DNA from: an uncultured Chloroflexia bacterium
GTDB taxonomy: Bacteria > Chloroflexota > Limnocylindria > Limnocylindrales > CSP1-4
Assembly: GCA_963735865.1 (NCBI GenBank)
Contig: CAVTML010000002.1
Coordinates: forward strand, 1,714,917 to 1,778,916
Reading direction: 5' to 3'
Length of the DNA stretch: 64,000 bases
Part shown: positions 37,632 to 45,698 of the stretch, piece by piece
Numbering within the stretch: position 1 is the stretch's first letter
How the letters are laid out: every line of letters begins with the position of its first letter
The notes under the pieces: model-generated
The model's input: the letters and a program-made list of their open reading frames with translations, nothing else
Database searches by the model: none
What the model was told of the DNA's origin: nothing
Made by a program: the position numbers and the translations under genes

Positions 37632-40600
37632 GTGCGACGGGCACTGGCGGTGCTGCTCTGCGCCACGGTGGTCGCCACGGCGTGTGGGACCAGCCTTCCA
37701 TCGACCACGCCTTCGACCCTGCCGAGCCCAACTCCCACTCCCACCACCTCGGGCCCGACGGCGCTCGACGCCTGCGACCCTGGCGGATACGTCGCCTGCA
37801 ACCAGCAGGCCGCCTTCATCTCGCTGCCGATCGCCGATACGGGGCTGTCACTCACCTGGTCCAGTCAGTGGGCGCCGGGGCGGACGGACCGGGCCGGGTG
37901 GGACGCCACGCCGCTGGGGCTGGGCGGCTGGTCCATCGACATGGTCCAGCGCTACCGGAGCGGCGACCAGGCGCTGGTCAGTGGCGACGGGTCCTGGCGC
38001 TTCGCCACGACCGTCAAACTCCCCGACGGCGGATTCGCCGTGCCCAGCTATGACGGCTCCCTGGCCTTCCTGTTCGACGCGTCCGGCCGCCACATCAAGA
38101 CCGTGGACGGCCACCTCGGGACCACGCTGCTCACGCTGACGTACGACTCGGCCGGCCGTCTGTCGACCATCAGCGGCACGTCGGCGGGGCAGCCGGCCCG
38201 TCTGGAAGTGCGACGCGCCGGGGACGGCACGCCGCAGGGGCTGGTGGGCCTCGACGGTGCGGTGACGACGCTGGGAGTGGATGTCGGCGGCAACCTGACC
38301 TCTATCACCGACCCGGCCGGGCACACCACGACCATCGCGTTGAACAAGGGCGGCCTGGTCACCAGCTGGACCGACGCGCTGGGCGGGGTGAGCCGCTTCA
38401 CCTACGACCAGGACGGACGGCTCGTGGCCGCCAGCGATGCCGACGGGGTGACGGCGCAGTTCACCCGATCCGCCACCGCGGGCTCGGTCGAAGTCAAGGT
38501 CACCACGGCGCTAGGACGGACGACCACCTACCGATCGGAGTCCGGCTCCGGTGGTATCACGCGTAGCGTCGTGGCAGCCGACGGCACGACCACGACCGAG
38601 GCGACGGCGGCCGATGGCTCGCGCTCGCTGAGCCTGCCGGACGGGACCACACGCACGATCGGTTTGACGGCCAGCTCGATCTGGGGCACGGCCGCGCCGC
38701 TGCTGACGCCGGACGTGACCAAGCGCCCGGACGGCGTCACGTCCACGACAGCGGTGAAGGCCGCTCTCACCGAGATCGGGGGCCTGCCCTACACCGTTAG
38801 CGGCACGGTGAGCACCACGGTGAACGGGGCAACGTCGATCGAGAGGTTCGACCCGGTCGCGCGGACGATGACGCTCGTCGACGGCGCGGGCCGCAGGACG
38901 GTGGACACGTACGATCCGGCCGGGCGCCTCGTGTCGGAGTCCGCCCCGGGTAGGGCGGCCACCACCTACGCGTATGACCAGCAGGGTCGTGAGACTGGCC
39001 AAACACTTGGAACGGGCTCCGCTGCACAGACCACGCGCTTCGGCTACGACCCCTCGACCGGGCAGATCACGGTGACCCGGGCGGACGGAAGCACCATCGC
39101 CATGAGTGTGGACGCGGACGGCAATGTGGCCACGACGGCCACAGCCGACGGCGCGACGGAGGTGCTTGCCTACGACGCCAGCGGGCGGCTGACCCGGGTC
39201 CAGCCGGCAGGAGGCCTGAGCTTCACCCAGGGATACAGTGCCGCCGGGCGCCCCACCGCCTTCCTGCCCCCATCGGTGCCTGAAGACGCCTCGGCAGAGG
39301 TGACCACCTACGACGCCGACGGCGCTGCCACATCGGTCAGCGGCCTCGGACTGTCCGATAGTCTCGCCTACGACAGCGAGGGGCGTCTGGTCGCTACGAC
39401 CAACGACGCCGGGAAGACGACTCGCTCATACGACCCGACCACCGGCCTTGAGAGCTCCTCGGCCGATCCTGGCGGCGTGTCCACGGTCTACGGGTACGCC
39501 GGCAGCCAGCTCACGTCACTGAGCTGGTCGGGCCCGCTCACCGGGTCTGTCTCGACCACGCTCGATCCCGGTGGCCGCGCCGTGACCCAGACGACTGACG
39601 GCGCCACACCGCTGGACCTGACCTACGACGCGGCCGGCAACCTGACTTCGGCCGGCGGGCTGAGCCTCAGTCGGGACGCGACGAGCGGCCTGGTCACGGC
39701 CAGCACCCTGGGTACCGTGGCCACTCAGCAGGAGTACGACGCGGCCGACCAGCTTGTGCGCTCCGTGACGACCGTGAGCGGCCGGTCGGTCATGGATCTC
39801 ACCTACACCCGTGACGTCCTCGGCCGCATCGTCAAGGTGGTGGAACGGTCAGCTGCCGGCACCACGACCACCAGCTATACCTTCGACGGATCCGACCGCT
39901 TGAGCGCGGTCCAGGTCAACGGCAAGACCGTGGAGACTGATACTTATGACGCGGCCGGGAACCGGCTGTCGACCACCGGGTCGGCCGGCGCGACCAAGGG
40001 CACGTACGACGCACGCGATCGGCTGGTGAGCTGGGGCGGCGCCACATACGCTTGGCTGCCGGACGGCGACCTGGCGACGATGAAGGGCCCGGCAGGCACG
40101 TCCACGTTCAGCTACGACACCGCAGGGAACCTGCGCTCGGTCACGCTGGCCGACGGCAGCTCGATCCGCTACATGGTCGATGCCGACGGCCGCCGCATCG
40201 GCCGAGAGGTCGGCGGGAGACTCACGGCTGGGTACTTGTATGACCCCTCGGGCCAGATCGTGGCCGCGACCGATGGGGCCGGCGCCGTGACCGAGCAGTT
40301 CGGCTACGACGACCAGGGGCATCTGGCCCTGGTCGAGAAGGGTGGCCGAACCTACCGCGTGGTCACCGATGCGGTCGGCAGTCCGCGGCTGCTCATCGAT
40401 TCGCAAAGCGGCGCTCTTGCCGATGCCATCACCTACGACGGCTGGGGCCAGGTGACCAGCGAAACCAGTCCGGGCTTCACCCCGTTCGGCTTCGCCGGCG
40501 GCCTGCTAGACCCCGACACCGGTCTGGTGCGCTTCGGCGCCCGCGACTACGACCCGACCACTGGCCGCTGGACGGCACCCGACCCGACCGGGTTCGACGG

Positions 40601-42668
40601 GGGGGACGCGAACCTGTACCGCTACGCCGGCGGCGACCCGGTCAACCGGACCGACCCGACAGGGTTGTGCATCGGGCCCGTCTTCTGGCTCCCGTGCGCC
40701 GGGTTCGCGCTCTGGAAGATCAGCCAGCCGTCGAATCCGTCGCCTCCCGAGTGGAAGCCGCCGGTCTGGTACTGCCATGGGATCGGCTGCGTACCGCCCG
40801 GCTCGAAGGGAGAACAATGGAATTCCTGTGCGGTCGCATTCGGCTCGTGCCAAGGATCCGGACCCGGCGGAACCTGGGACTGCAAAGGGATAGGCTGCCA
40901 CGGCCCATATGGCGCCGAGTGCTTAATAGCCTGGTGTGGATATGGCGATATCCATCTGGAGACCGGCGACCGTGCGCACGTAGACTTCCAAGCCGGGGGG
41001 GAGTTCCTGGCCGTAACGTCACCTGACCATGCCCTGCAGGTGCAGGCCAGACAGGAGGCCGTGTTGGGCGGGACGCTTGTCACGTTCAGCACTGCCGTGG
41101 CGGCCAGCGTCAACGGCGACCGCGTGGGCGTGTACGCCGACGAGCCGTCGTTCGTCATGGTCGACGGTAAGCCGGTCACGGCCGCCGACCTCGCCGAGCA
41201 ACTTCCCCATGGGGGCTCCCTGGAGCGCCATGGCGGGCTCGTGACCGTGACCTGGCCTGACCGCAGCCAGCTGACCATCAGTCGGATTGCGAATACCCTC
41301 GACTACTGGCTCGTCCCTAGTACGGCCATCGCCCCCACCCTCGGCGGCCTGCTGGGCAACGCCGACGGCAACCCGGCCAACGACCTGACCAGTCGTGACG
41401 GCACGGTCCTGAGCCTGACCGACCCCGACTTCCACACCAAGCTCTATGCGCAGTTCGGCGATAGCTGGCGGATCACCCAGGCGGAGTCGCTCTTCGACTA
41501 CTGGCCAGGAGAGAGCACGGCCACCTTCACGAAGCTCGACATCCCCTCCGCCGAGGTGACGGTGGGCACGCTCGACCCGGCCGCCCGGACGATGGCCCAG
41601 GGCGTCTGCAGCGCCGTCGGCGTGCGCACCGAGCCGCTGCTCGATGACTGCCTCATCGACGTGGCGATGACCGGGGACGCCTCGTTCGCCGCCGCCACCG
41701 CGGCGGTGGCCGCTGCCGGCGGCGCCCAGGCAACCACCAGCTCGGCGCCACCGGCGAGCGTGACCCCGATGACGATCGAGCAGTCGGAGTCCGCCACCAT
41801 CGCCTCCCCTACCCAGACCGATGACTACACCTTCACCGCTATCGCCGGCCAGGTCGTCTACCTCCAGACCCACGCCACCTGTACCGGATCGCTGGGCTGG
41901 CAGCTGCTCGGGCCCGACGGCGGCAGCCTGGCGGGCAGCCTGGTCTGCAACGACCTCCAACGCCAGGTGCTGGGGACCGAGGGCACCTACACGATCCGCG
42001 TCAACCCCGACCACTCCGCAACGGGCGACTACTCGTTCTCCCTGCTGGCCGTGCCGTCCACGGTCGTCACCCCCATCTCCATCGGCCAGACTGTGAGCGG
42101 CGCGGTGTCCCAGCCCGGCCAGTGGGCCGACTACACCCTGACGGCGAGTGCCGGGCAGATCGTCTACCTGAAGCAGGGCAGCACCTGCACCAACGGGCTG
42201 TGGTGGGAGCTGGTCGGTCCGGACGGCCGTGCCGCCGCATCGGCGGTCGCCTGCAACGACCTGCAGCGGCAGGTCCTCCAGGCGGGCACGAACACGATCC
42301 GCGTGTACGGCGACCACGCCACCGTCGGCGCGTTCTCGTTCACCGTGCTCGGCGTGCCCGCCACGCAGGCGTCACCCATCTCCATCGGCCAGACGGTCAG
42401 CGGCTCGTTGACCGCAGCGGGCCAGTGGGCGGAATACACCTTCAAAGCCACTGCAGGGGAGGCCGTCACCCTCCAGGCGAAGGGCGCCTGCGTCGACGGC
42501 CTCAGCTGGGCGCTCGTTCGCCCGGACGGTACGGTCCAAGCCTTCACTGTTGCGTGCCGCGACCTCGGGGCCCAGGTCCTCCAAACGGCAGGGACGTACA
42601 CCGTCCGTATCTACGGGGATCACACCTCCGTCGGTGCCTATCAGTTCACGCTCGGCGCAGGCAGCTGA
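37632..42668 (+). CDS. Rhs/YD-repeat shell protein with signal peptide and a non-toxin C-terminal extension (Cys-rich + VWD-like + 3x PPC-like)
   Basis: ORF 37548..42668; GTG 37632 gives the signal peptide VRRALAVLLCATVVATACGTS. There are many YD repeats (LTYDSAGRL, FTYDQDGRLV, TYDPAGRLV, YAYDQQGRE, FGYDPSTGQ, AYDASGRL, LAYDSEGRLV, ...). The RHS-associated core end is ARDYDPTTGRWTAPDPTGFDGGDANLYRYAGGDPVNRTDPTGL, ending at 40667. A further 666 aa follow. Confidence 0.9.
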   Translation: MRRALAVLLCATVVATACGTSLPSTTPSTLPSPTPTPTTSGPTALDACDPGGYVACNQQAAFISLPIADTGLSLTWSSQWAPGRTDRAGWDATPLGLGGWSIDMVQRYRSGDQALVSGDGSWRFATTVKLPDGGFAVPSYDGSLAFLFDASGRHIKTVDGHLGTTLLTLTYDSAGRLSTISGTSAGQPARLEVRRAGDGTPQGLVGLDGAVTTLGVDVGGNLTSITDPAGHTTTIALNKGGLVTSWTDALGGVSRFTYDQDGRLVAASDADGVTAQFTRSATAGSVEVKVTTALGRTTTYRSESGSGGITRSVVAADGTTTTEATAADGSRSLSLPDGTTRTIGLTASSIWGTAAPLLTPDVTKRPDGVTSTTAVKAALTEIGGLPYTVSGTVSTTVNGATSIERFDPVARTMTLVDGAGRRTVDTYDPAGRLVSESAPGRAATTYAYDQQGRETGQTLGTGSAAQTTRFGYDPSTGQITVTRADGSTIAMSVDADGNVATTATADGATEVLAYDASGRLTRVQPAGGLSFTQGYSAAGRPTAFLPPSVPEDASAEVTTYDADGAATSVSGLGLSDSLAYDSEGRLVATTNDAGKTTRSYDPTTGLESSSADPGGVSTVYGYAGSQLTSLSWSGPLTGSVSTTLDPGGRAVTQTTDGATPLDLTYDAAGNLTSAGGLSLSRDATSGLVTASTLGTVATQQEYDAADQLVRSVTTVSGRSVMDLTYTRDVLGRIVKVVERSAAGTTTTSYTFDGSDRLSAVQVNGKTVETDTYDAAGNRLSTTGSAGATKGTYDARDRLVSWGGATYAWLPDGDLATMKGPAGTSTFSYDTAGNLRSVTLADGSSIRYMVDADGRRIGREVGGRLTAGYLYDPSGQIVAATDGAGAVTEQFGYDDQGHLALVEKGGRTYRVVTDAVGSPRLLIDSQSGALADAITYDGWGQVTSETSPGFTPFGFAGGLLDPDTGLVRFGARDYDPTTGRWTAPDPTGFDGGDANLYRYAGGDPVNRTDPTGLCIGPVFWLPCAGFALWKISQPSNPSPPEWKPPVWYCHGIGCVPPGSKGEQWNSCAVAFGSCQGSGPGGTWDCKGIGCHGPYGAECLIAWCGYGDIHLETGDRAHVDFQAGGEFLAVTSPDHALQVQARQEAVLGGTLVTFSTAVAASVNGDRVGVYADEPSFVMVDGKPVTAADLAEQLPHGGSLERHGGLVTVTWPDRSQLTISRIANTLDYWLVPSTAIAPTLGGLLGNADGNPANDLTSRDGTVLSLTDPDFHTKLYAQFGDSWRITQAESLFDYWPGESTATFTKLDIPSAEVTVGTLDPAARTMAQGVCSAVGVRTEPLLDDCLIDVAMTGDASFAAATAAVAAAGGAQATTSSAPPASVTPMTIEQSESATIASPTQTDDYTFTAIAGQVVYLQTHATCTGSLGWQLLGPDGGSLAGSLVCNDLQRQVLGTEGTYTIRVNPDHSATGDYSFSLLAVPSTVVTPISIGQTVSGAVSQPGQWADYTLTASAGQIVYLKQGSTCTNGLWWELVGPDGRAAASAVACNDLQRQVLQAGTNTIRVYGDHATVGAFSFTVLGVPATQASPISIGQTVSGSLTAAGQWAEYTFKATAGEAVTLQAKGACVDGLSWALVRPDGTVQAFTVACRDLGAQVLQTAGTYTVRIYGDHTSVGAYQFTLGAGS
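41763..42665 (+). repeat. three tandem ~303-nt (101-aa) intragenic repeats encoding PPC-like beta-sandwich domains
   Basis: Units begin near 41763, 42066 and 42369. Each unit has the pattern P(I/M)(S/T)I(G/E)Q(T/S)...(G)QW A(D/E)YT(L/F)...AG..V.L....C..GL.W.L.GPDG......CNDL.RQVL..GT.TIRVYGDH...G.(Y/F)SF.L, with 2 Cys per unit. Confidence 0.8.
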
Positions 42669-42686
42669 TCACGGCTCGCGCCGGAG

Positions 42687-43407
42687 CTACTCGGTAGGTG
42701 TGGCCTCAGGGGACGGCGCGTCGGTCGAGCCGCCGTCATCCTCGGCGAGCAGGCGGTAGAGGCCCCGACGGGTCTCCACGAGCAGCTTGCGGGCTTCCGC
42801 GGTCGTGGCCGGGCTGCCCACCTGGGAGAGCTGGAGGGTCGCGGCCATGACCTGGTGCAGCAGGTCACGCAGCTGGACGGCATCGGAGCCGCCACCGAAG
42901 GCCCATGGCGCGCCGGACCCGCCGGTCGAGGCGGTATCGGCGGCCGTGCGGCCTGTGTCGGTCAGCTCGAAGACCCGGCGGCCGTCCTTCTCGGAGGCAC
43001 GCACGAGGCCCTCGTCCTCCAGCTGCTGGAGCGTCGGGTAGACGCGAGCCGGCGCTGGGCCGCCAGCGGCCGTCGCTGCGGCGCTCGAGCTCGGAGATGA
43101 TCTGGTAGCCGTGCATCGGCTCCTCGGCCAGGAGGCCCAGGATCGCACTGCGCACGTCCCCACGGCGGGCCCGCAGGGCGCCGGGGAGCGGCATGCCGCG
43201 GAACCAGCCGCGGCCGGGTCCGAAGGGGTGTTGGCCGGCGTGGGCGCGGAGATGGGAGCGTGGGTCGGCGCCCGGTTCACCGCCGCGATGCGCCCGCGGG
43301 GGGCGATGCCAGTGACGAGGGTCCATGTCGTGGGGATGGGGATAGTTGTTGCGTGGATCGTCCACTTGATGCCTTTCGATCGGCGTGTGCTCGCGATCAC
43401 GACGCAT
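42687..43407 (-). pseudogene. PadR-family transcriptional regulator with a single-nucleotide frameshift
   Basis: The N-terminal part lies in ORF 42865..43407 (-): ...RRGDVRSAILGLLAEEPMHGYQIISELERRSDGRWRPSAGS. The continuation lies in ORF 42687..43400 (-): VYPTLQQLEDEGLVRASEKDGRRVFELTDTG.... The two frames join if nt 43044 is skipped. Confidence 0.75.
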
Positions 43408-43479
43408 CTGTCGGCGCCGTCCTATCGCGTACCGTCACGATATATCGCGACATCACGTGATGTCAAGTCCCCGACCGAA

Positions 43480-43782
43480 TCAGGGAGCGGGCGATCCGGC
43501 GGTGGCGACCTCATCGAGCGTCAGCAGCTCGCGCGGCCGTGCCTCCCATGACGCGAACGGCACGTCGGCGATGGCGGCCGCCGTCACCGATCGAGCCGCG
43601 AGGAGCCGATCACGCGACTCCCAGATGGAGATGGCGACGATCTGGTCGCCCGCCCGCCAGGCGCTCGCGTGAAGCACCCCCTCCGTAGTCGCGAGCACCT
43701 TGCCGAACCGGGTCATCGCTGCGAGCAGGTCGTCCACGTGCTCGGGCTTGGGGTGGTGGATGGCCAGGAACAGCTGCTTCAT
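43480..43782 (-). CDS. ABM (antibiotic-biosynthesis-monooxygenase-like) domain protein
   Basis: ORF 43480..43782 (-). It is a small ferredoxin-like-fold-type sequence (...HPKPEHVDDLLAAMTRFGKVL...QIVAISIWESRDRLLAA). It overlaps the stop of the ArsR gene by 4 nt. Confidence 0.55.
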   Translation of the reverse strand: MKQLFLAIHHPKPEHVDDLLAAMTRFGKVLATTEGVLHASAWRAGDQIVAISIWESRDRLLAARSVTAAAIADVPFASWEARPRELLTLDEVATAGSPAP

Positions 43783-44165
43783 CTGGTCGCACCTCCAGGA
43801 CCGCCTTGCCGTTCACCCGCCATGGCGGTGCCCGTTCCGACGGCCGCGCTCGCCTCCGCAGCGAGCTTGAACCGCCCCAGGGCATCTGGCCAGAGGTCGG
43901 CCAGGAAGGCGCGCAGCTCGACCAGGCCCTCCGGTCGCAGCCGGTAGAGGCGCCGCGTGCCCGCCCGGCGCTCCGCGATGAGGCCCGCCTCACGGAGGAC
44001 GGTGAGGTGCTGTGAGATGGCTGGCCGCGTTACCGAAAAGCGGTCCGCGATCTCGCCGGCCGCCATCTCCTGGTCCGCGACGAGCTGGAGGATCGCCCGT
44101 CGCTTGGGTTCTGCGAGCGCCCCGAGCATGGCGTCCAGCGACGACGCCTGGGCGTTCAGGACCAC
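43779..44165 (-). CDS. ArsR/SmtB-family transcriptional regulator
   Basis: ORF 43779..44165 (-). Motifs: LGALAEPKRRAILQLVADQEMAAGEIADRFSVTRPAISQHLTVLREAGLIAERRAGTRRLYRL. Confidence 0.85.
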   Translation of the reverse strand: MVLNAQASSLDAMLGALAEPKRRAILQLVADQEMAAGEIADRFSVTRPAISQHLTVLREAGLIAERRAGTRRLYRLRPEGLVELRAFLADLWPDALGRFKLAAEASAAVGTGTAMAGERQGGPGGATR

Positions 44166-44512
44166 AGTCCGACCAGCTGCCCGTCGGGGTCCGCCAGGAC
44201 GGCGAACGACCCGAGATCACCGGGCAGTGGCGTGGGGGGCACGACCGTCCGACCGCCGAGGTCCTCGGCCCGGTCGAGGTACGCCTGGAGGTCGTCGACG
44301 CGCATGTAGATCTTGAGGCCGCCCGGATCCGTGGGGCGCTGCGGCGAACCGATGCCCCCGCCGATGGATCCGGTTCCCGCGCCCGTGTCGATCATCGTGT
44401 ACGTCGGGTCGCCGATGTCCACCGTGGCCCAACCGAAGAGCTGGATGTAGAAGTCCCGGAGCCGCTCCGCCTGCGACGAAACGATCTCGAAGTACGCGAC
44501 TGGTGCGCCCAT
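44156..44512 (-). CDS. VOC (glyoxalase-like) family protein
   Basis: ORF 44156..44512 (-). Motifs: VAYFEIVSSQAERLRDFYIQLFGW...YMRVDDLQAYLDRAEDLGG...FAVLADPDGQLVGLW. Confidence 0.8.
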   Translation of the reverse strand: MGAPVAYFEIVSSQAERLRDFYIQLFGWATVDIGDPTYTMIDTGAGTGSIGGGIGSPQRPTDPGGLKIYMRVDDLQAYLDRAEDLGGRTVVPPTPLPGDLGSFAVLADPDGQLVGLWS

Positions 44513-44580
44513 GGCTTGTCTCCCGTCTGCCGTCGTCGGTTGGAGGCCATAGGTTAGCCAATGCTTACGTTAGTGTCAAG

Positions 44581-45096
44581 TTACGCGGTGATCGCCTCAA
44601 CGGCGTCCTTGAAGAGCAGGAGATCGGCAGGCCAGCCCCTTGAGATCCCCTCCCGGAGCGTCCGCCAGGTCGAACCGTGGCGATCCAGTCCGGAATGTTC
44701 CAGGACGACCCACGTCGCCCTCTCCCCTCGCGCTTCGAAGTGGATGTCGACGCGGCTGGCGTGGCTGTCATCGGCGTCACGGCGGAACTCGCCATCCAGG
44801 TGCCACGAGAGCGCGAGATGGCGCGGCGGATCCCACACCAGGACCACCCCCCAGTCGCACTCGCTGCCGTCGACGCCCAGCTCGTACCACCGCCCGCCGG
44901 CGCGTGGCTCGAGGATCGCCGCCGCCATCGCCACCTCGCCGATGTGGTGGTTGCGCGGCCACCAGCTGTCGATGCCTTCCGTGAAGACGCGGAACGCCTG
45001 CTCGATGGGCGCCTCCACCTCGATCGAGAAGCGAAGGCTGGAGTCCGAACCGGTATGGCCCGCGTCGGGTGGTCGTGGCGAGTCGGCTTGGGTCAC
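44581..45096 (-). CDS. SRPBCC protein (AHSA1/START-like)
   Basis: ORF 44581..45096 (-). Motifs: SIEVEAPIEQAFRVFTEGIDSWWP...ILEPRAGGRWYE...WGVVLVWDPPRHLALSW. Confidence 0.75.
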   Translation of the reverse strand: MTQADSPRPPDAGHTGSDSSLRFSIEVEAPIEQAFRVFTEGIDSWWPRNHHIGEVAMAAAILEPRAGGRWYELGVDGSECDWGVVLVWDPPRHLALSWHLDGEFRRDADDSHASRVDIHFEARGERATWVVLEHSGLDRHGSTWRTLREGISRGWPADLLLFKDAVEAITA

Positions 45097-45698
45097 GGCG
45101 CCGGACGGCGCACGAGGTAGGTGATGTGGATGGCCAACGGCGACTGGCGCACCCCGACGTGCTCCAGGTGGAGGTCCGCGTCGAAGCCCTCGAAGAGAGA
45201 CTTCCCCGCGCCCAGGATCACCGGGGCGATGGTGAGGGTGAATTCGTCCACGTAGCCAGCACGAAGCGCCTGGCGGATGAGGTCGGCCCCACCCATGACG
45301 GCGATGTCCTTCTCCTCCGCGACCGCCTGGGCCCGACGCATTGCCGCATCCAGCCCGTCGACGAACGTGAAGCCACCCTCCCTGGGCTCCTCCGCCGGTC
45401 GATGGGTGACGATGAAGAACGGCACGGGCCAGGGGTTGTGGCCGCCCCAGTGGTCGGCTGCTTCATACGTCGCGCGACCGCCGATCACCGCCCCGACGTT
45501 GGCGTTCGCGGCTTCCAGGTACTCCTTGTCGACCCCGGTCGCCTCGCCCTGCGCGCCCTCCGCGTAGGACCAGGGGCCACCGAAGACCCAGTGATGCAGC
45601 CGCTCGCCACCCTCGCCGAGCCCCTGGCCGGGCCCGTCGTGGGGCCCCGTGATGTAGCCGTCGAGTGACGTCGTGATGCCGGAGATCACCCTACCCAT
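45093..45698 (-). CDS. dihydrofolate-reductase-like (RibD C-terminal domain) family protein
   Basis: ORF 45093..45698 (-). Motifs: MGRVISGITTSLDGYI...VMGGADLIRQALRAGYVDEFTLTIAPVILGAG. Confidence 0.8.
   Translation of the reverse strand: MGRVISGITTSLDGYITGPHDGPGQGLGEGGERLHHWVFGGPWSYAEGAQGEATGVDKEYLEAANANVGAVIGGRATYEAADHWGGHNPWPVPFFIVTHRPAEEPREGGFTFVDGLDAAMRRAQAVAEEKDIAVMGGADLIRQALRAGYVDEFTLTIAPVILGAGKSLFEGFDADLHLEHVGVRQSPLAIHITYLVRRPAP

Noticed and set aside
40668-42668. Hidden toxin or immunity gene inside the Rhs 3-prime region, for example antisense ORF 41019..42317 or small + strand ORFs 41821..42096 and 42229..42411.
   Set aside because: These ORFs are out-of-frame or antisense shadows with low-complexity translations. 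The main frame is continuous and shows domain-like, repeat-structured sequence through to its stop.
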